A stretch of DNA of 64,000 bases from the NCBI GenBank assembly GCA_965218785.1, contig OZ244650.1, positions 672,001-736,000 of the forward strand. The letters are read 5' to 3'. Positions within the stretch are counted from its first letter, which is position 1. Each line of letters begins with the position of its first letter. This document shows positions 18,954 to 28,161 of the stretch, piece by piece. The DNA comes from Nitrosopumilus sp. Lineage in GTDB: Archaea > Thermoproteota > Nitrososphaeria > Nitrososphaerales > Nitrosopumilaceae. The position numbers and the translations under genes were made by a program. A model generated the notes under the pieces. That model did not search any database, had not been told where the DNA came from, and worked only from the letters and a program-made list of their open reading frames with translations.

Positions 18954-19892
18954 ATGACTTTTCTATCAGTGAGCGGATTATCTGCCAAATACCACACATC
19001 TAGGGGACCAGTTTATGCAGTCGATGACGTAGATTTTCAACTGCAAGATGGCAGATCAATAGGAATTGCAGGTGAGAGCGCATGTGGAAAAAGCACGCTG
19101 GGACTCTCAATTATACGGATGCTTTTGGGAGGAAAAACAGACGGAAAAATCCTCTTTGAGAACCAGTCGATTTTAGATATGAGCGAGTCTGATTTTAACA
19201 GGCAATACCGGTGGAAGAAAATTTCCATGATTTTTCAAGGCGCGATGAATTCGCTGGATCCTGTATTTACTATCAAGGCACAGTTTTTAGAAATTTTAAA
19301 ACAACACAGCTTTGATGGTGATTCTGATAAGGCAGTTTTAGATGCAATAAAGTCAGTCAGTCTGGATCCTGCCGTCCTGAAGAAATATCCGCACGAACTC
19401 AGTGGAGGTATGAAGCAACGCGTAATTATTGCAATGGCCCTGCTTCTCAAACCAAAATTTGTAATTGCAGATGAACCAACTACCGCACTTGATGTGCTGA
19501 TTCAAGCTCAAATTGTAAGTTTGCTCAAATCTCTCAAAAAAGACGGCATGTCTTTTATGCTGATTACACACGATTTGGCAGTGCTCTCTGAAATTGCCGA
19601 TGATATTGGAATTATGTATGGCGGCCAGATGGTTGAATTTGGAACTTCGCAGGAAATTTACAAAAATCCAAAGCATCCGTACACGCAAGGACTTTTAGAA
19701 TCAATTCCTACATTGAGGGGAAATACCCCAAAACACATCAAGGGAATCCCCCCTAGTCTGCTTGATGCGCCCACTGAATGCAGGTTTATAGAAAGATGTC
19801 CTCTGGCCATTGAAAAATGCAAGCAGCTTCCCCCTAAATTTAAAACAAAAACCGGCTATGTTAGGTGCTGGTTATATGAAGATCAAACATAG
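18954..19892 (+). CDS. oppD: Oligopeptide/dipeptide ABC transporter ATP-binding protein
   Basis: GESACGKST, YPHELSGGMKQR, DEPTTALD, HPYT, CRF..RC tail. Confidence 0.9.
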   Translation: MTFLSVSGLSAKYHTSRGPVYAVDDVDFQLQDGRSIGIAGESACGKSTLGLSIIRMLLGGKTDGKILFENQSILDMSESDFNRQYRWKKISMIFQGAMNSLDPVFTIKAQFLEILKQHSFDGDSDKAVLDAIKSVSLDPAVLKKYPHELSGGMKQRVIIAMALLLKPKFVIADEPTTALDVLIQAQIVSLLKSLKKDGMSFMLITHDLAVLSEIADDIGIMYGGQMVEFGTSQEIYKNPKHPYTQGLLESIPTLRGNTPKHIKGIPPSLLDAPTECRFIERCPLAIEKCKQLPPKFKTKTGYVRCWLYEDQT

Positions 19893-19944
19893 TTGTACTG
19901 GCAATCGAATCTACCGACTTTGGCATTTCAAATTTGTTTGACAC

Positions 19945-20319
19945 TCAGGTGTGTTTCTTTACAATTGGCAGACACGCATCTATTATTCTTAGCATCTCTG
20001 ATCTAATTACTTTTTTATCGATTGATATCCACACCCTTGATTTATTTATTGCAAAAGAGATGATCTGCACCTTTTTTCTTTCCTCCCAAACAAATTCAAC
20101 TGGTCCCAAATTTTTATCAAAAAATCCCTCCAAATCCGTCTTTATGGCAATATGTGAAAACTGATACTGGGTATTTTTCTCATTTAGCAGCGGAATCAGA
20201 TCCGGTCTTCTTCTATACGCCAACAACTCCCCCCTCTCTCCGATTACTCCTGCAAACCTGATAAACGGACTAATTGTGCTGACTGCATCACAGATTTGCT
20301 GCAAGTTTTTGTCTGTCAA
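19945..20319 (-). CDS. Conserved thaumarchaeal hypothetical protein (profilin/roadblock-like)
   Basis: IRFAGVI..RG.L...R.....PLL motif. Confidence 0.65.
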   Translation of the reverse strand: MTDKNLQQICDAVSTISPFIRFAGVIGERGELLAYRRRPDLIPLLNEKNTQYQFSHIAIKTDLEGFFDKNLGPVEFVWEERKKVQIISFAINKSRVWISIDKKVIRSEMLRIIDACLPIVKKHT

Positions 20320-20488
20320 TTGATTGGGTTGCTACAGTATGATATTTTAATGATCGTTGTAGGCGGCAAATCACCGTTATCAAATAATTACCTGTCTGGC
20401 CTGGCTCTGTTCTATCTGTTAATCCTAATTTTTTGTTCAAGCTTTTATCTGGTGCCATGTCTACTTTTTCCATAGCCCATATCGTATG

Positions 20489-20580
20489 TTGCGAATTTAA
20501 CTCTTTTTTCGCAATATTTGTTCGTAAAATTATAAAATACATGTGTATATTATAATGCGAAATTAGGTTGATTTTCGCAA
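20489..20580. promoter_or_regulatory. Pair of palindromic operator-like sites TGCGAA-N12-TTCGCA
   Basis: 20489-20514 and 20555-20580, 66 bp apart, around TATA-like sequences. Confidence 0.5.
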
Positions 20581-20801
20581 AATAGTCGTGAAATAGTACG
20601 GGGAGATAACAGAAAAACAACAGAGACGAAGCAAAATAGCCAAGAAATGCTGAGTAGAGTACACCACAGATGCCTCAAATTATGGGATGTTTGTCAGTAC
20701 ATGCTGAATGAGAGCCGTTTAACTTGGCATAATATTGAAGAACCACACTGCCTCTTTTCTTTGGTTTTAATTAAAATAAAGCCTGTAACACACATTGATT
20801 T

Positions 20802-21455
20802 GTGGATTTTGTTGATCTGTTTCCGTTTGCGCCAGAAGTAGGTTATCTGAGTCTGGCTCTAGTTAACTTTTTTGGTTCCCTGGTGCCGTTTGTACCATTA
20901 CCCGGATTTCTGTTACTAGCTACAATGTCTGTAGGTGATCAGTTTGATTTGCACGTATTGGCAATATTGTCGGCACTTACTGCCACTGCTGCAAAGCAAA
21001 TCATATTCTATGCAAGTTATGGCGGACGGAAGATTGTCAGTGAAAAAACCAGAAAAAGAATGCGCCCCTTTCAGAGACTCGTTAAGCGGTATGGTGCCGG
21101 TGCGGCGTTTTTTGCAGCTGCCACCCCAATTCCAGATGATCTGGTGTATGTCCCGCTGGGATTGGCAAAGTACGATCCAAAAAAATTCTTTATTGCAACT
21201 GTTACTGGCAAACTGGTTCTAAGCTATGTCATTGTTTTTATTTCCCACTATCTTGGTCTGTCTCTGGCAGAGCCTTTACTGGAAAATATTGATAATGCTG
21301 CCCCCGTCTACATTGGAATTATAATCTTTGGTGCAATGATGACTTCGGTTGTAATTTTATTATTAAGATTAGACTGGAATAGAATCATGGGACGGTTTGC
21401 CCCATGGACATTGGATGAAAACAACAAGGATGAAGACAACGATGATGAAAACTAG
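20802..21455 (+). CDS. DedA/VTT-family membrane protein
   Basis: Hydrophobic; PFVPLP, ATPIPDD.VYVPLG motifs. Confidence 0.85.
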   Translation: MDFVDLFPFAPEVGYLSLALVNFFGSLVPFVPLPGFLLLATMSVGDQFDLHVLAILSALTATAAKQIIFYASYGGRKIVSEKTRKRMRPFQRLVKRYGAGAAFFAAATPIPDDLVYVPLGLAKYDPKKFFIATVTGKLVLSYVIVFISHYLGLSLAEPLLENIDNAAPVYIGIIIFGAMMTSVVILLLRLDWNRIMGRFAPWTLDENNKDEDNDDEN

Positions 21456-22009
21456 CTTTTTATTTTGAAATTCCATAATTTGTCAGTTGCCTCTCGAATT
21501 CCAATTCTTGATGATGCACAAATCCTCTTTGGTTTTATTCCATCTGTGATGGACAGGCCGGGATGTTTTGTTAAATCAATCCCATAATGTTTTTTTGTGA
21601 TTTTTAATGCCATAGTCAATTTTGCCGGACCGTCTGTGAGAGTTTTCATATTTTTATTTTTTCTGTTTTTTTGCATGGTTTTGATTCCCTTTTCAGGTTC
21701 AATTGCACGAATGAGGACCGCCCCTGCTAAAATTTTGGGATGTCTTGCCACCACGTTAAAGCAGTAATACATTCCATAGGTAAAATAAACATAAGCCATT
21801 CCTACGTCTCCGAACATGGCCTTGTTTCTGTTGGTGACTCCCCTAAATGCATGGCTTGCAGGATCATCCTCGTGCCTGTATGCCTCTGTTTCTGTAATCA
21901 TTCCTGAAACCTCCTGACTGCCAATTTTTCTTACAATTTTTTTCCCCAAAAGATTTTTTGCAACTTTGACTGTATCTTGCAGATAAAATTCCCTAGGCAG
22001 CCTGTTCAA
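21452..22009 (-). CDS. mpg: 3-methyladenine DNA glycosylase (AAG/MPG)
   Basis: ETEAY, DPASH, YVYFTYGMYYCFNV, AVLIRA, GPAKL. Confidence 0.93.
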   Translation of the reverse strand: MNRLPREFYLQDTVKVAKNLLGKKIVRKIGSQEVSGMITETEAYRHEDDPASHAFRGVTNRNKAMFGDVGMAYVYFTYGMYYCFNVVARHPKILAGAVLIRAIEPEKGIKTMQKNRKNKNMKTLTDGPAKLTMALKITKKHYGIDLTKHPGLSITDGIKPKRICASSRIGIREATDKLWNFKIKS

Positions 22010-22580
22010 TATCTACTGTAATCTCCCCCTTGTTTTTTAATTCTCTGATTAACTCAAAAAGTTTTTTGATGTCTTCTTTGAGCACCTCGATTAATTCTTG
22101 ATTATAAATTGTTGCAGCAGGGTGGATTGTCAGAAAATAAAGCTGGTTTCCCTTTCGAACCACCTTGCCTCTAAATTTTGTAATCTCAGAACCTCCTAGA
22201 ATCGAATTAAACGCGGTGTTGCCTAAAATACATATTATTTTCGGCTTTATTATGGAAATTTCCTGTTTTAGATAGTCATGACATGTCTCACGCTCTGTCG
22301 TGTTTGGCACCCTGTTGTTTGGCGGCCTGCATTTTACTACATTTGTAATGTATACTGCATCCCTTAGGACACCTGCCTCTTTTAGTGCCAGTGAAAGTCT
22401 CTTTCCTGCCACTCCTACAAACGGCTCGCCATTTTTATCCTCGTTTCTTCCGGGTGCCTCTCCGACAAAGATCACCTCTGAGTGAAAATTCCCCTTGCCT
22501 GGAACTGAATTGGTTCTCGTCTTACAGAGATCACACTTTGTACATTCTATGACCTGTTGCCTTATCTTCTCTAGATTCAT
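21993..22580 (-). CDS. udg: Uracil-DNA glycosylase family 4
   Basis: CTKCDLC, GEAPG, PFVG, KCRPP, HPAA. Confidence 0.93.
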   Translation of the reverse strand: MNLEKIRQQVIECTKCDLCKTRTNSVPGKGNFHSEVIFVGEAPGRNEDKNGEPFVGVAGKRLSLALKEAGVLRDAVYITNVVKCRPPNNRVPNTTERETCHDYLKQEISIIKPKIICILGNTAFNSILGGSEITKFRGKVVRKGNQLYFLTIHPAATIYNQELIEVLKEDIKKLFELIRELKNKGEITVDIEQAA

Positions 22581-23992
22581 TATATCACACTCTTTACTGT
22601 CGCTGTTCCCCTAATTGACGGTCCGCCGTTGCCCATCATCATTGACTGCATGGGATCCCCCTTGCCGCAATTCGTTATCGGTCTTATGGTAAAATCGTTT
22701 CCACACGCATCAATTGACTCAAAAAATTCCGGCGCGCTGCCTGTCACAATTACGTCTCGTAGCAGGTCAGTTACCTCCCCGTTCTCTATTTTCTGTGCGT
22801 ATTGACATGAAATACTCCAGTTATACCGCCTCATGTCAATTGAGGGAATTTTCATATTTGATATCAAATAACCATCTCTGACTTCTTTTATCATCTCCGA
22901 TACATTCCGGTCCCCATTACTGATGCATGTACATGCCATACGAATCAAAGGCATGAATCGATAGCTTGTCGCCCTCATGTTTCCGGTAGGCGGCGCATCG
23001 AAAATTTTCCCAGTCTCCCTGCTTTGCATGTGGTTTTTTAAAACCCCGTCTTTTATCAGGGTTGTTTTCTTTGCCTTGATTCCTTCATCATCGTAGTAAT
23101 ACCATCCCAGACTCTCTTTGATGGTTGGATCATCGAAGACATTTAATTTTTCAGAACCTATTTTTTCACCGATTCTTCCCTTCCACCATGCACCTCCGGC
23201 CCATGCCATCTCTTTTCCCAACACCCTGTCTGCTTCTGATGGATGACCTAGTATCTCATGTGTAAGTAATGATACAAAATCCGGATTCATTATGACTGTG
23301 GCTTTTTCTTCCTTTGCTGGCCTTGCATCAATTAGCTGTGACGCTTTAAGGGAGATCTCTTTTGCACTTTTCATAATCTTGTCATCTTGCATAACCTGCT
23401 CCATTCCTCCCCTTCCTCCCTCTGTGATGTTTACTGACTGTGTCAATCCGGATTCATGTGCCGTAGCTGTCATCTCTACTACCGTATCTGTAAAGTTTTG
23501 TAAAATTTCTGAACCCTCGCTATTTGCAAAATATTTTGAATTCTTTGAATACCATGGATTTACAATGGACCTGATGATTTTTGGCGTATCTGAAATAACC
23601 CGACTGCATTCAAATCCGGTCTTTATCAATTCATCCAACTCTGGTTTTTCTAAAACCGGAAAATCCACCCTGGTTTTATTGCCTGGGTTGGGATGTAGAA
23701 TATCTTTATTTTTTTTACCATATGCGGAATTTCTCAGGGATCTGTCAACTGCATCTTTGACCTGCTCAAACGAATCTGGATTTGTAATCGAAGAAAAACC
23801 CCACACCCCTCCTTTTAGCAGTCTTATGCCGATTCCGGCATCCCTGTTATTTCTAACATGCTCGATTTTCCCGTTATCGATCAGGGCTGATCTTGTTTCC
23901 TGCTGTTCTGCCCTTGCATCGCAGTATTGGGCGCCGGATTTTGATGCGTGTGTAACTGCCTTATCTGCTAAATCCTGCAGGCTCAAATCCAT
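22580..23992 (-). CDS. tldD: TldD/PmbA-family metalloprotease
   Basis: HEILGHPSEAD, DDEG, CGKG...GGP. Confidence 0.9.
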   Translation of the reverse strand: MDLSLQDLADKAVTHASKSGAQYCDARAEQQETRSALIDNGKIEHVRNNRDAGIGIRLLKGGVWGFSSITNPDSFEQVKDAVDRSLRNSAYGKKNKDILHPNPGNKTRVDFPVLEKPELDELIKTGFECSRVISDTPKIIRSIVNPWYSKNSKYFANSEGSEILQNFTDTVVEMTATAHESGLTQSVNITEGGRGGMEQVMQDDKIMKSAKEISLKASQLIDARPAKEEKATVIMNPDFVSLLTHEILGHPSEADRVLGKEMAWAGGAWWKGRIGEKIGSEKLNVFDDPTIKESLGWYYYDDEGIKAKKTTLIKDGVLKNHMQSRETGKIFDAPPTGNMRATSYRFMPLIRMACTCISNGDRNVSEMIKEVRDGYLISNMKIPSIDMRRYNWSISCQYAQKIENGEVTDLLRDVIVTGSAPEFFESIDACGNDFTIRPITNCGKGDPMQSMMMGNGGPSIRGTATVKSVI

Positions 23993-24032
23993 GATTAATT
24001 AAATCCAAAGGTATTCCTAAGTCTTCTGTATT

Positions 24033-24170
24033 TTACCTGCTTGAAATTGCAGGCATTGTAAAGTAGTATTCGTCCTCAAATTCATAGTCAGTTCTGCCTT
24101 TTTCACGCAAAAACTCGAAATATCCGGTACAATTTTCATAAAACTCTCTATTTACCTCGTCTTCTTGCAT
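24033..24170 (-). CDS. 45-aa acidic, aromatic-rich small protein (not in ORF track)
   Basis: MQEDEVNREFYENCTGYFEFLREKGRTDYEFEDEYYFTMPAISSR, upstream of tldD on the same strand. Confidence 0.6.
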   Translation of the reverse strand: MQEDEVNREFYENCTGYFEFLREKGRTDYEFEDEYYFTMPAISSR

Positions 24171-24448
24171 ATGTTTTATCTTTTATTCTGCATTTTTTCA
24201 AGAGAGTGAGTAATTTTAGTTCTGAATGTGTGTTTTATTTGAGCAGGGTGGAAAAACCAAGGTTGGTCACACGCATAACACAGTCGTTTCAGACCAAAAA
24301 TTGTTTTAATTACCCCAGTCATGATCAAAAACCCACCAACTCTCTAATGTGGCGCATCAGCATTCAAAATCCTGATTTGCGTCTTAAAAGCAATCATCTG
24401 TAATTTAGCAAAGTAATTTATGGCATTTACCTGTGATCAAATCAAACA

Positions 24449-26269
24449 TTGTCAAAAATCGTCGCAGATACTAGTGTTATAATAAATGGCCAGTTGATTG
24501 CCCAGATAGAGGCAGGCTCTATTAGAAATTCTGAAATCATAATACCTCAAGCGGTTTTTGATGAACTACAATCACAGGCCTGTACTAAAAAAGAACAGGG
24601 ATTTGCAGGACTAGAAAAAATTCAAAAGCTAAAAGAACTATCTGGAAGCCACGGTTTGGAGATTGTTTTAAAGGGACCGCATCCGTCCAGTGATGACATT
24701 AAACTTGCCAGAAACGGCAGAATCGATGCGCTCATTACTGACATGGCCAAACAAAATGATGCCATTCTTTACACTTCAGATAATGTACAACATCTGGTGG
24801 CAAAGGCAGAAGATGTGGAAACAGTCTTTCTCAAATCCGTAATCAAGGACGAAAAACTGGAGTTTCTAAAATTTTTTGATGATAAAACAATGAGTGTCCA
24901 TTTAAAGGAAAACCAATACCCGCTGGCCAAAAAAGGAAAGCCCGGCGCTTTTATCCTGACTAGAATCAGTGATGATGCCCTTTCAAAGAATTATCTGGAA
25001 CTAGTCTCATCACAAATATTGGATGTTGCAAACACGTCTGATTCAAGTACCATTGAAATCTCAAAAACCGGGGCCTCGGTGGTCCAACTTGATGACTATC
25101 GTATTGCCATCACTTATCCGCCCTTCTCCGAATCCCTTGAGATAACAATCGTTCATCCCATAGTAAGGATGTCCCTTGAGGACTATCAAATATCTGATGA
25201 ACTAATGAAACGCTTCACTGACAGGGCCGAAGGCATTGTCATCTCCGGCGCTCCAGGCTCTGGTAAAAGCACGCTTGCATCAGGTCTTGCTAATTTTTAT
25301 CACAATACGGGAAAGATTGTCAAAACATTTGAATCCCCACGTGACTTACAAGTTGATCCGGGCATTACCCAATACAGTAAACTTGATGGAAGTTTTGATA
25401 ATACGGCTGATATCTTGTTGCTTGTCCGTCCTGACTATACTATTTTTGACGAAGTACGAAGGCGGGAGGATTTTGGCACGTTTGCAGATTTACGATTAAC
25501 CGGTGTTGGAATGGTCGGCGTAATTCATGCAAATTCCCCGATAGATGCCATCCAGCGTTTTATTGGAAAAATCGAGCTTGGCATAATACCGAGCGTGTTG
25601 GATACCGTAGTCTTTGTGAGGGATGGCAGGATTGACAAAGTCTATGATCTGGAACTCAAAGTCAAGGTTCCCTCCGGAATGACTGAATCGGATCTGGCCA
25701 GGCCTGTTATTGAAATCAGGAATTTTGCAGATAACGTACTAGAACACGAGATATACACATTTGGCGAGGAAAACGTCATCGTACCTATCACCCAACGAGC
25801 TTCAAAAATTGGAATTGAAAAACTAGCCGAGGAGAAAATACGTGAAACTTTCAAAAGATATGACCCTCGTGCCGAAGTTGAGATTTTATCTGATAACCGG
25901 GTCAAAGTTTTCGTAAATGAACAATGCATTCCATTAATTATAGGACGCGGAGGCAGCAACATCAACGATATTGAAAAATCCCTTAACATTCACATTGATG
26001 TTGTTCAAAAAGACTCTGATAACGTCCCACAAATAACAGGTGATCTTCCTTTTACTTTTTCAGAATCAAAAACCACGTTACTTTTAACTGTCAACCGGGA
26101 ACACACCTCGAGGCATGCTGATGTCTTGGTTAATGACAAACACGTCACATCTGTACGTATTGGCAAGAAAGGCCAGATAAAAATTCCAAAACGCTCCGAT
26201 GTTGCAAGAGATCTTATGAACCGCGTCTCCTCACAAAATGACATTAAACTTTATCTCAAAGATTTTTAA
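24449..26269 (+). CDS. PIN-domain P-loop ATPase with KH domain (PINA-like)
   Basis: N-terminal PIN (VADTSV, ELQ, IDA), GAPGSGKST, DEVR, IIGRGG KH. Confidence 0.92.
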   Translation: MSKIVADTSVIINGQLIAQIEAGSIRNSEIIIPQAVFDELQSQACTKKEQGFAGLEKIQKLKELSGSHGLEIVLKGPHPSSDDIKLARNGRIDALITDMAKQNDAILYTSDNVQHLVAKAEDVETVFLKSVIKDEKLEFLKFFDDKTMSVHLKENQYPLAKKGKPGAFILTRISDDALSKNYLELVSSQILDVANTSDSSTIEISKTGASVVQLDDYRIAITYPPFSESLEITIVHPIVRMSLEDYQISDELMKRFTDRAEGIVISGAPGSGKSTLASGLANFYHNTGKIVKTFESPRDLQVDPGITQYSKLDGSFDNTADILLLVRPDYTIFDEVRRREDFGTFADLRLTGVGMVGVIHANSPIDAIQRFIGKIELGIIPSVLDTVVFVRDGRIDKVYDLELKVKVPSGMTESDLARPVIEIRNFADNVLEHEIYTFGEENVIVPITQRASKIGIEKLAEEKIRETFKRYDPRAEVEILSDNRVKVFVNEQCIPLIIGRGGSNINDIEKSLNIHIDVVQKDSDNVPQITGDLPFTFSESKTTLLLTVNREHTSRHADVLVNDKHVTSVRIGKKGQIKIPKRSDVARDLMNRVSSQNDIKLYLKDF

Positions 26270-26720
26270 AATTTTCAATTATCTTGGGATTTGCTTTGAG
26301 AAAAGTAATGAATTTTCTTAACTGCTTTGTTGTTTTTGGATTTAGATGGTGCTCGATACCTTCTGTATCCTGATTTGCAGTGTCATAACCGACTCCTAAA
26401 ATCTCAAAAAACTCCAGCAAGATTCCATGTCTTTGCCTGATTCCTTCTGCCACCTGCGTTCCTTTGTCTGTGAGATTGATTCCGTGATATTTTTCATATT
26501 CTAAAAATCCGCCCTCATCGAGCCTCTGCAGCATCTTGGTAACACTTGGCGCACTAACTCCCATGTACCTTGAAATATCTAATGTGGTCGCATAGCCTTT
26601 CAATTCTACTAGCTCTGAAATTACCTCCAAATAATCCTCCATTCTTGTACTTGATTGGGTTCTTTTTGACTGGTGTGCCGCTTTTATCGAATCTAGCCTT
26701 TTGGAGTTTTTGGTCTTCAT
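26256..26720 (-). CDS. mntR: DtxR/MntR-family metal-dependent repressor
   Basis: EDYLE, VSAPSVTKML, LT.KG, RH.LLE.F, EGIEHH. Confidence 0.9.
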   Translation of the reverse strand: MKTKNSKRLDSIKAAHQSKRTQSSTRMEDYLEVISELVELKGYATTLDISRYMGVSAPSVTKMLQRLDEGGFLEYEKYHGINLTDKGTQVAEGIRQRHGILLEFFEILGVGYDTANQDTEGIEHHLNPKTTKQLRKFITFLKANPKIIENFKNL

Positions 26721-26824
26721 GTAATCTTTGTATCTGTATTCAATCTAGTATAATTGGTTGTCTCTTCAGCCTTTTACTGTACAAAAAGTAGTCCACTCTT
26801 ATAATCTGACAGAACCCTTGATCG

Positions 26825-27332
26825 GGTTCTGTGTAATCTTCGGTTCATAGGCTGAAATATGATCTTCTCAGATTGAAAAATTTTGCCATTCCTTATTGGT
26901 AGATGGTAAGAACAAGTGGAAGACTAATCGCCAATGCCTCATTAGATGTCAAATCACGGGACTGATAAGGTGTGCGATTCCAAAAAAATGGAATTGTACG
27001 ATCCACAAACAAACTGAAAACTATTGTGGTTAGAATCAGGGGAAATAAGAACATTTGACCTGTCAGTCAGTGCCACACGTTAAGATTAAAACATATCCGA
27101 ATATGATGTTTGATGCAAAGCACCGGCAACCATCCCCGGAATTAATCACATGGGACTTGCCAAAAATGATGCCTATCGAGACGACCATCATAGGGAGTGA
27201 TTACCCTGTGACTTGTCTCAATTTTCATATTTTATGGGTTCAAAATAAAAGTCAGAATTCCAGACGTGAAAAATTTTTCAATCTGGAGAAGATCGTGATT
27301 TCGTGCCTAGCACACGATAACTCTGCAGTGCC
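26825..27332. mobile_element. Internally deleted IS6-like element (left module)
   Basis: Right end reads GGCACTGCAGAGTT...GAAATCACGATCTTCTCCAGATTGAAAAATTTT on the minus strand, matching the left-end subterminal motif; interior is decayed. Confidence 0.65.
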
Positions 27333-27453
27333 GTTTGGACTTTTAGAATAAATCCCAGTACAGGATCGTGGTTCAAAACAGACTGTCTGATCCGTGTCGG
27401 TACACCGCATTCACCGGACGTGGCAGGGTGCAAGAAAAAAATTTATTCTAGTG

Positions 27454-27717
27454 CTAGTCTTTGCCATAAACGGACTTGTGGTCGCATACCCGAAGCAGTT
27501 CTACGATTCCCTCGTCATATCGGATTGAATACATGATACGATATTTTTTGCCAAGCTCATAAGAAAAAGTTCTCATGTTTTGCTTGTACACTCCAAGATT
27601 GGAGGGGTTTGTAGAGGATACAATGTCTGCAAGCGCATTATCTACAATATGTTGCGTGTTGGAGTCCAGTTTCTTATATTGCCTAGTAAATTGATTTGTC
27701 CATTTTAGATCCCACAA
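27454..27717 (-). CDS. RelE/StbE-family toxin
   Basis: 87 aa; W.LKWT.QF.RQYKKL, YRIMYSI, ELLRVCDHKSVY. Confidence 0.85.
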   Translation of the reverse strand: MWDLKWTNQFTRQYKKLDSNTQHIVDNALADIVSSTNPSNLGVYKQNMRTFSYELGKKYRIMYSIRYDEGIVELLRVCDHKSVYGKD

Positions 27718-27720
27718 CTT

Positions 27721-27858
27721 TTAATCACTGTGTAGTTCGTCAAGCAATTCTTTTAGAGTCCCAACTTTGTGATCTTTTGGATTGCTGTAAAATTCCTTAA
27801 TGTCTGCAATTTCTTCGTCTGAAAGTGGGGGAGAATCAATTTGTTTTATATCGGACAT
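27721..27858 (-). CDS. Putative 45-aa acidic antitoxin (not in ORF track)
   Basis: MSDIKQIDSPPLSDEEIADIKEFYSNPKDHKVGTLKELLDELHSD; stop codon 3 nt before the toxin start. Confidence 0.75.
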   Translation of the reverse strand: MSDIKQIDSPPLSDEEIADIKEFYSNPKDHKVGTLKELLDELHSD

Positions 27859-27900
27859 GTATCGCTTATGCAACCTTCCCTTAAAAAAGATATGAATCAA

Positions 27901-28117
27901 GGTTCTGTAAAGTTACGGAGGCCTGAAATCACGATCTTCTCCAGATTGAACTTTTGTGCCTGTTGGAAATTATCCTCTAAATACATGAAAAAGTGCAGAA
28001 GGGATTAGATCCTCTGCATTTTTTCATGTTTTTTAGATAACAATTCCCAACAGGTAGGAAATTTCAATCAGAAGAAGATCCATATTTCAGCCTATGAACC
28101 GAAGATTACACAGAACC
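27901..28117. mobile_element. 217-bp fold-back MITE with IS6-like ends
   Basis: GGTTCTGT...ACAGAACC ends; nearly whole-length inverted repeat (CCTGTTGGAAATT/AATTCCCAACAGG, CATGAAAAAGTGCAGA/TCTGCATTTTTTCATG). Confidence 0.85.
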
Positions 28118-28161
28118 CTTGATCGTTATATTTTTATCCACACCGACAAATCCAATTCATC

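Larger units (their letters stand above)
26825..28117. mobile_element. Non-autonomous composite element with IS6-like ends carrying a RelE toxin-antitoxin pair
   Basis: About 50-bp near-perfect outer inverted repeats (GGTTCTGTGTAATCTTCGGTTCATAGGCTGAAATAT); 8-bp direct repeat CTTGATCG at 26817-26824 and 28118-28125. Confidence 0.8.

Noticed and set aside
27055-27351. 98-aa ORF inside the IS6-like element
   Set aside because: Crosses the terminal repeat and has no intact transposase motifs; likely a decayed remnant
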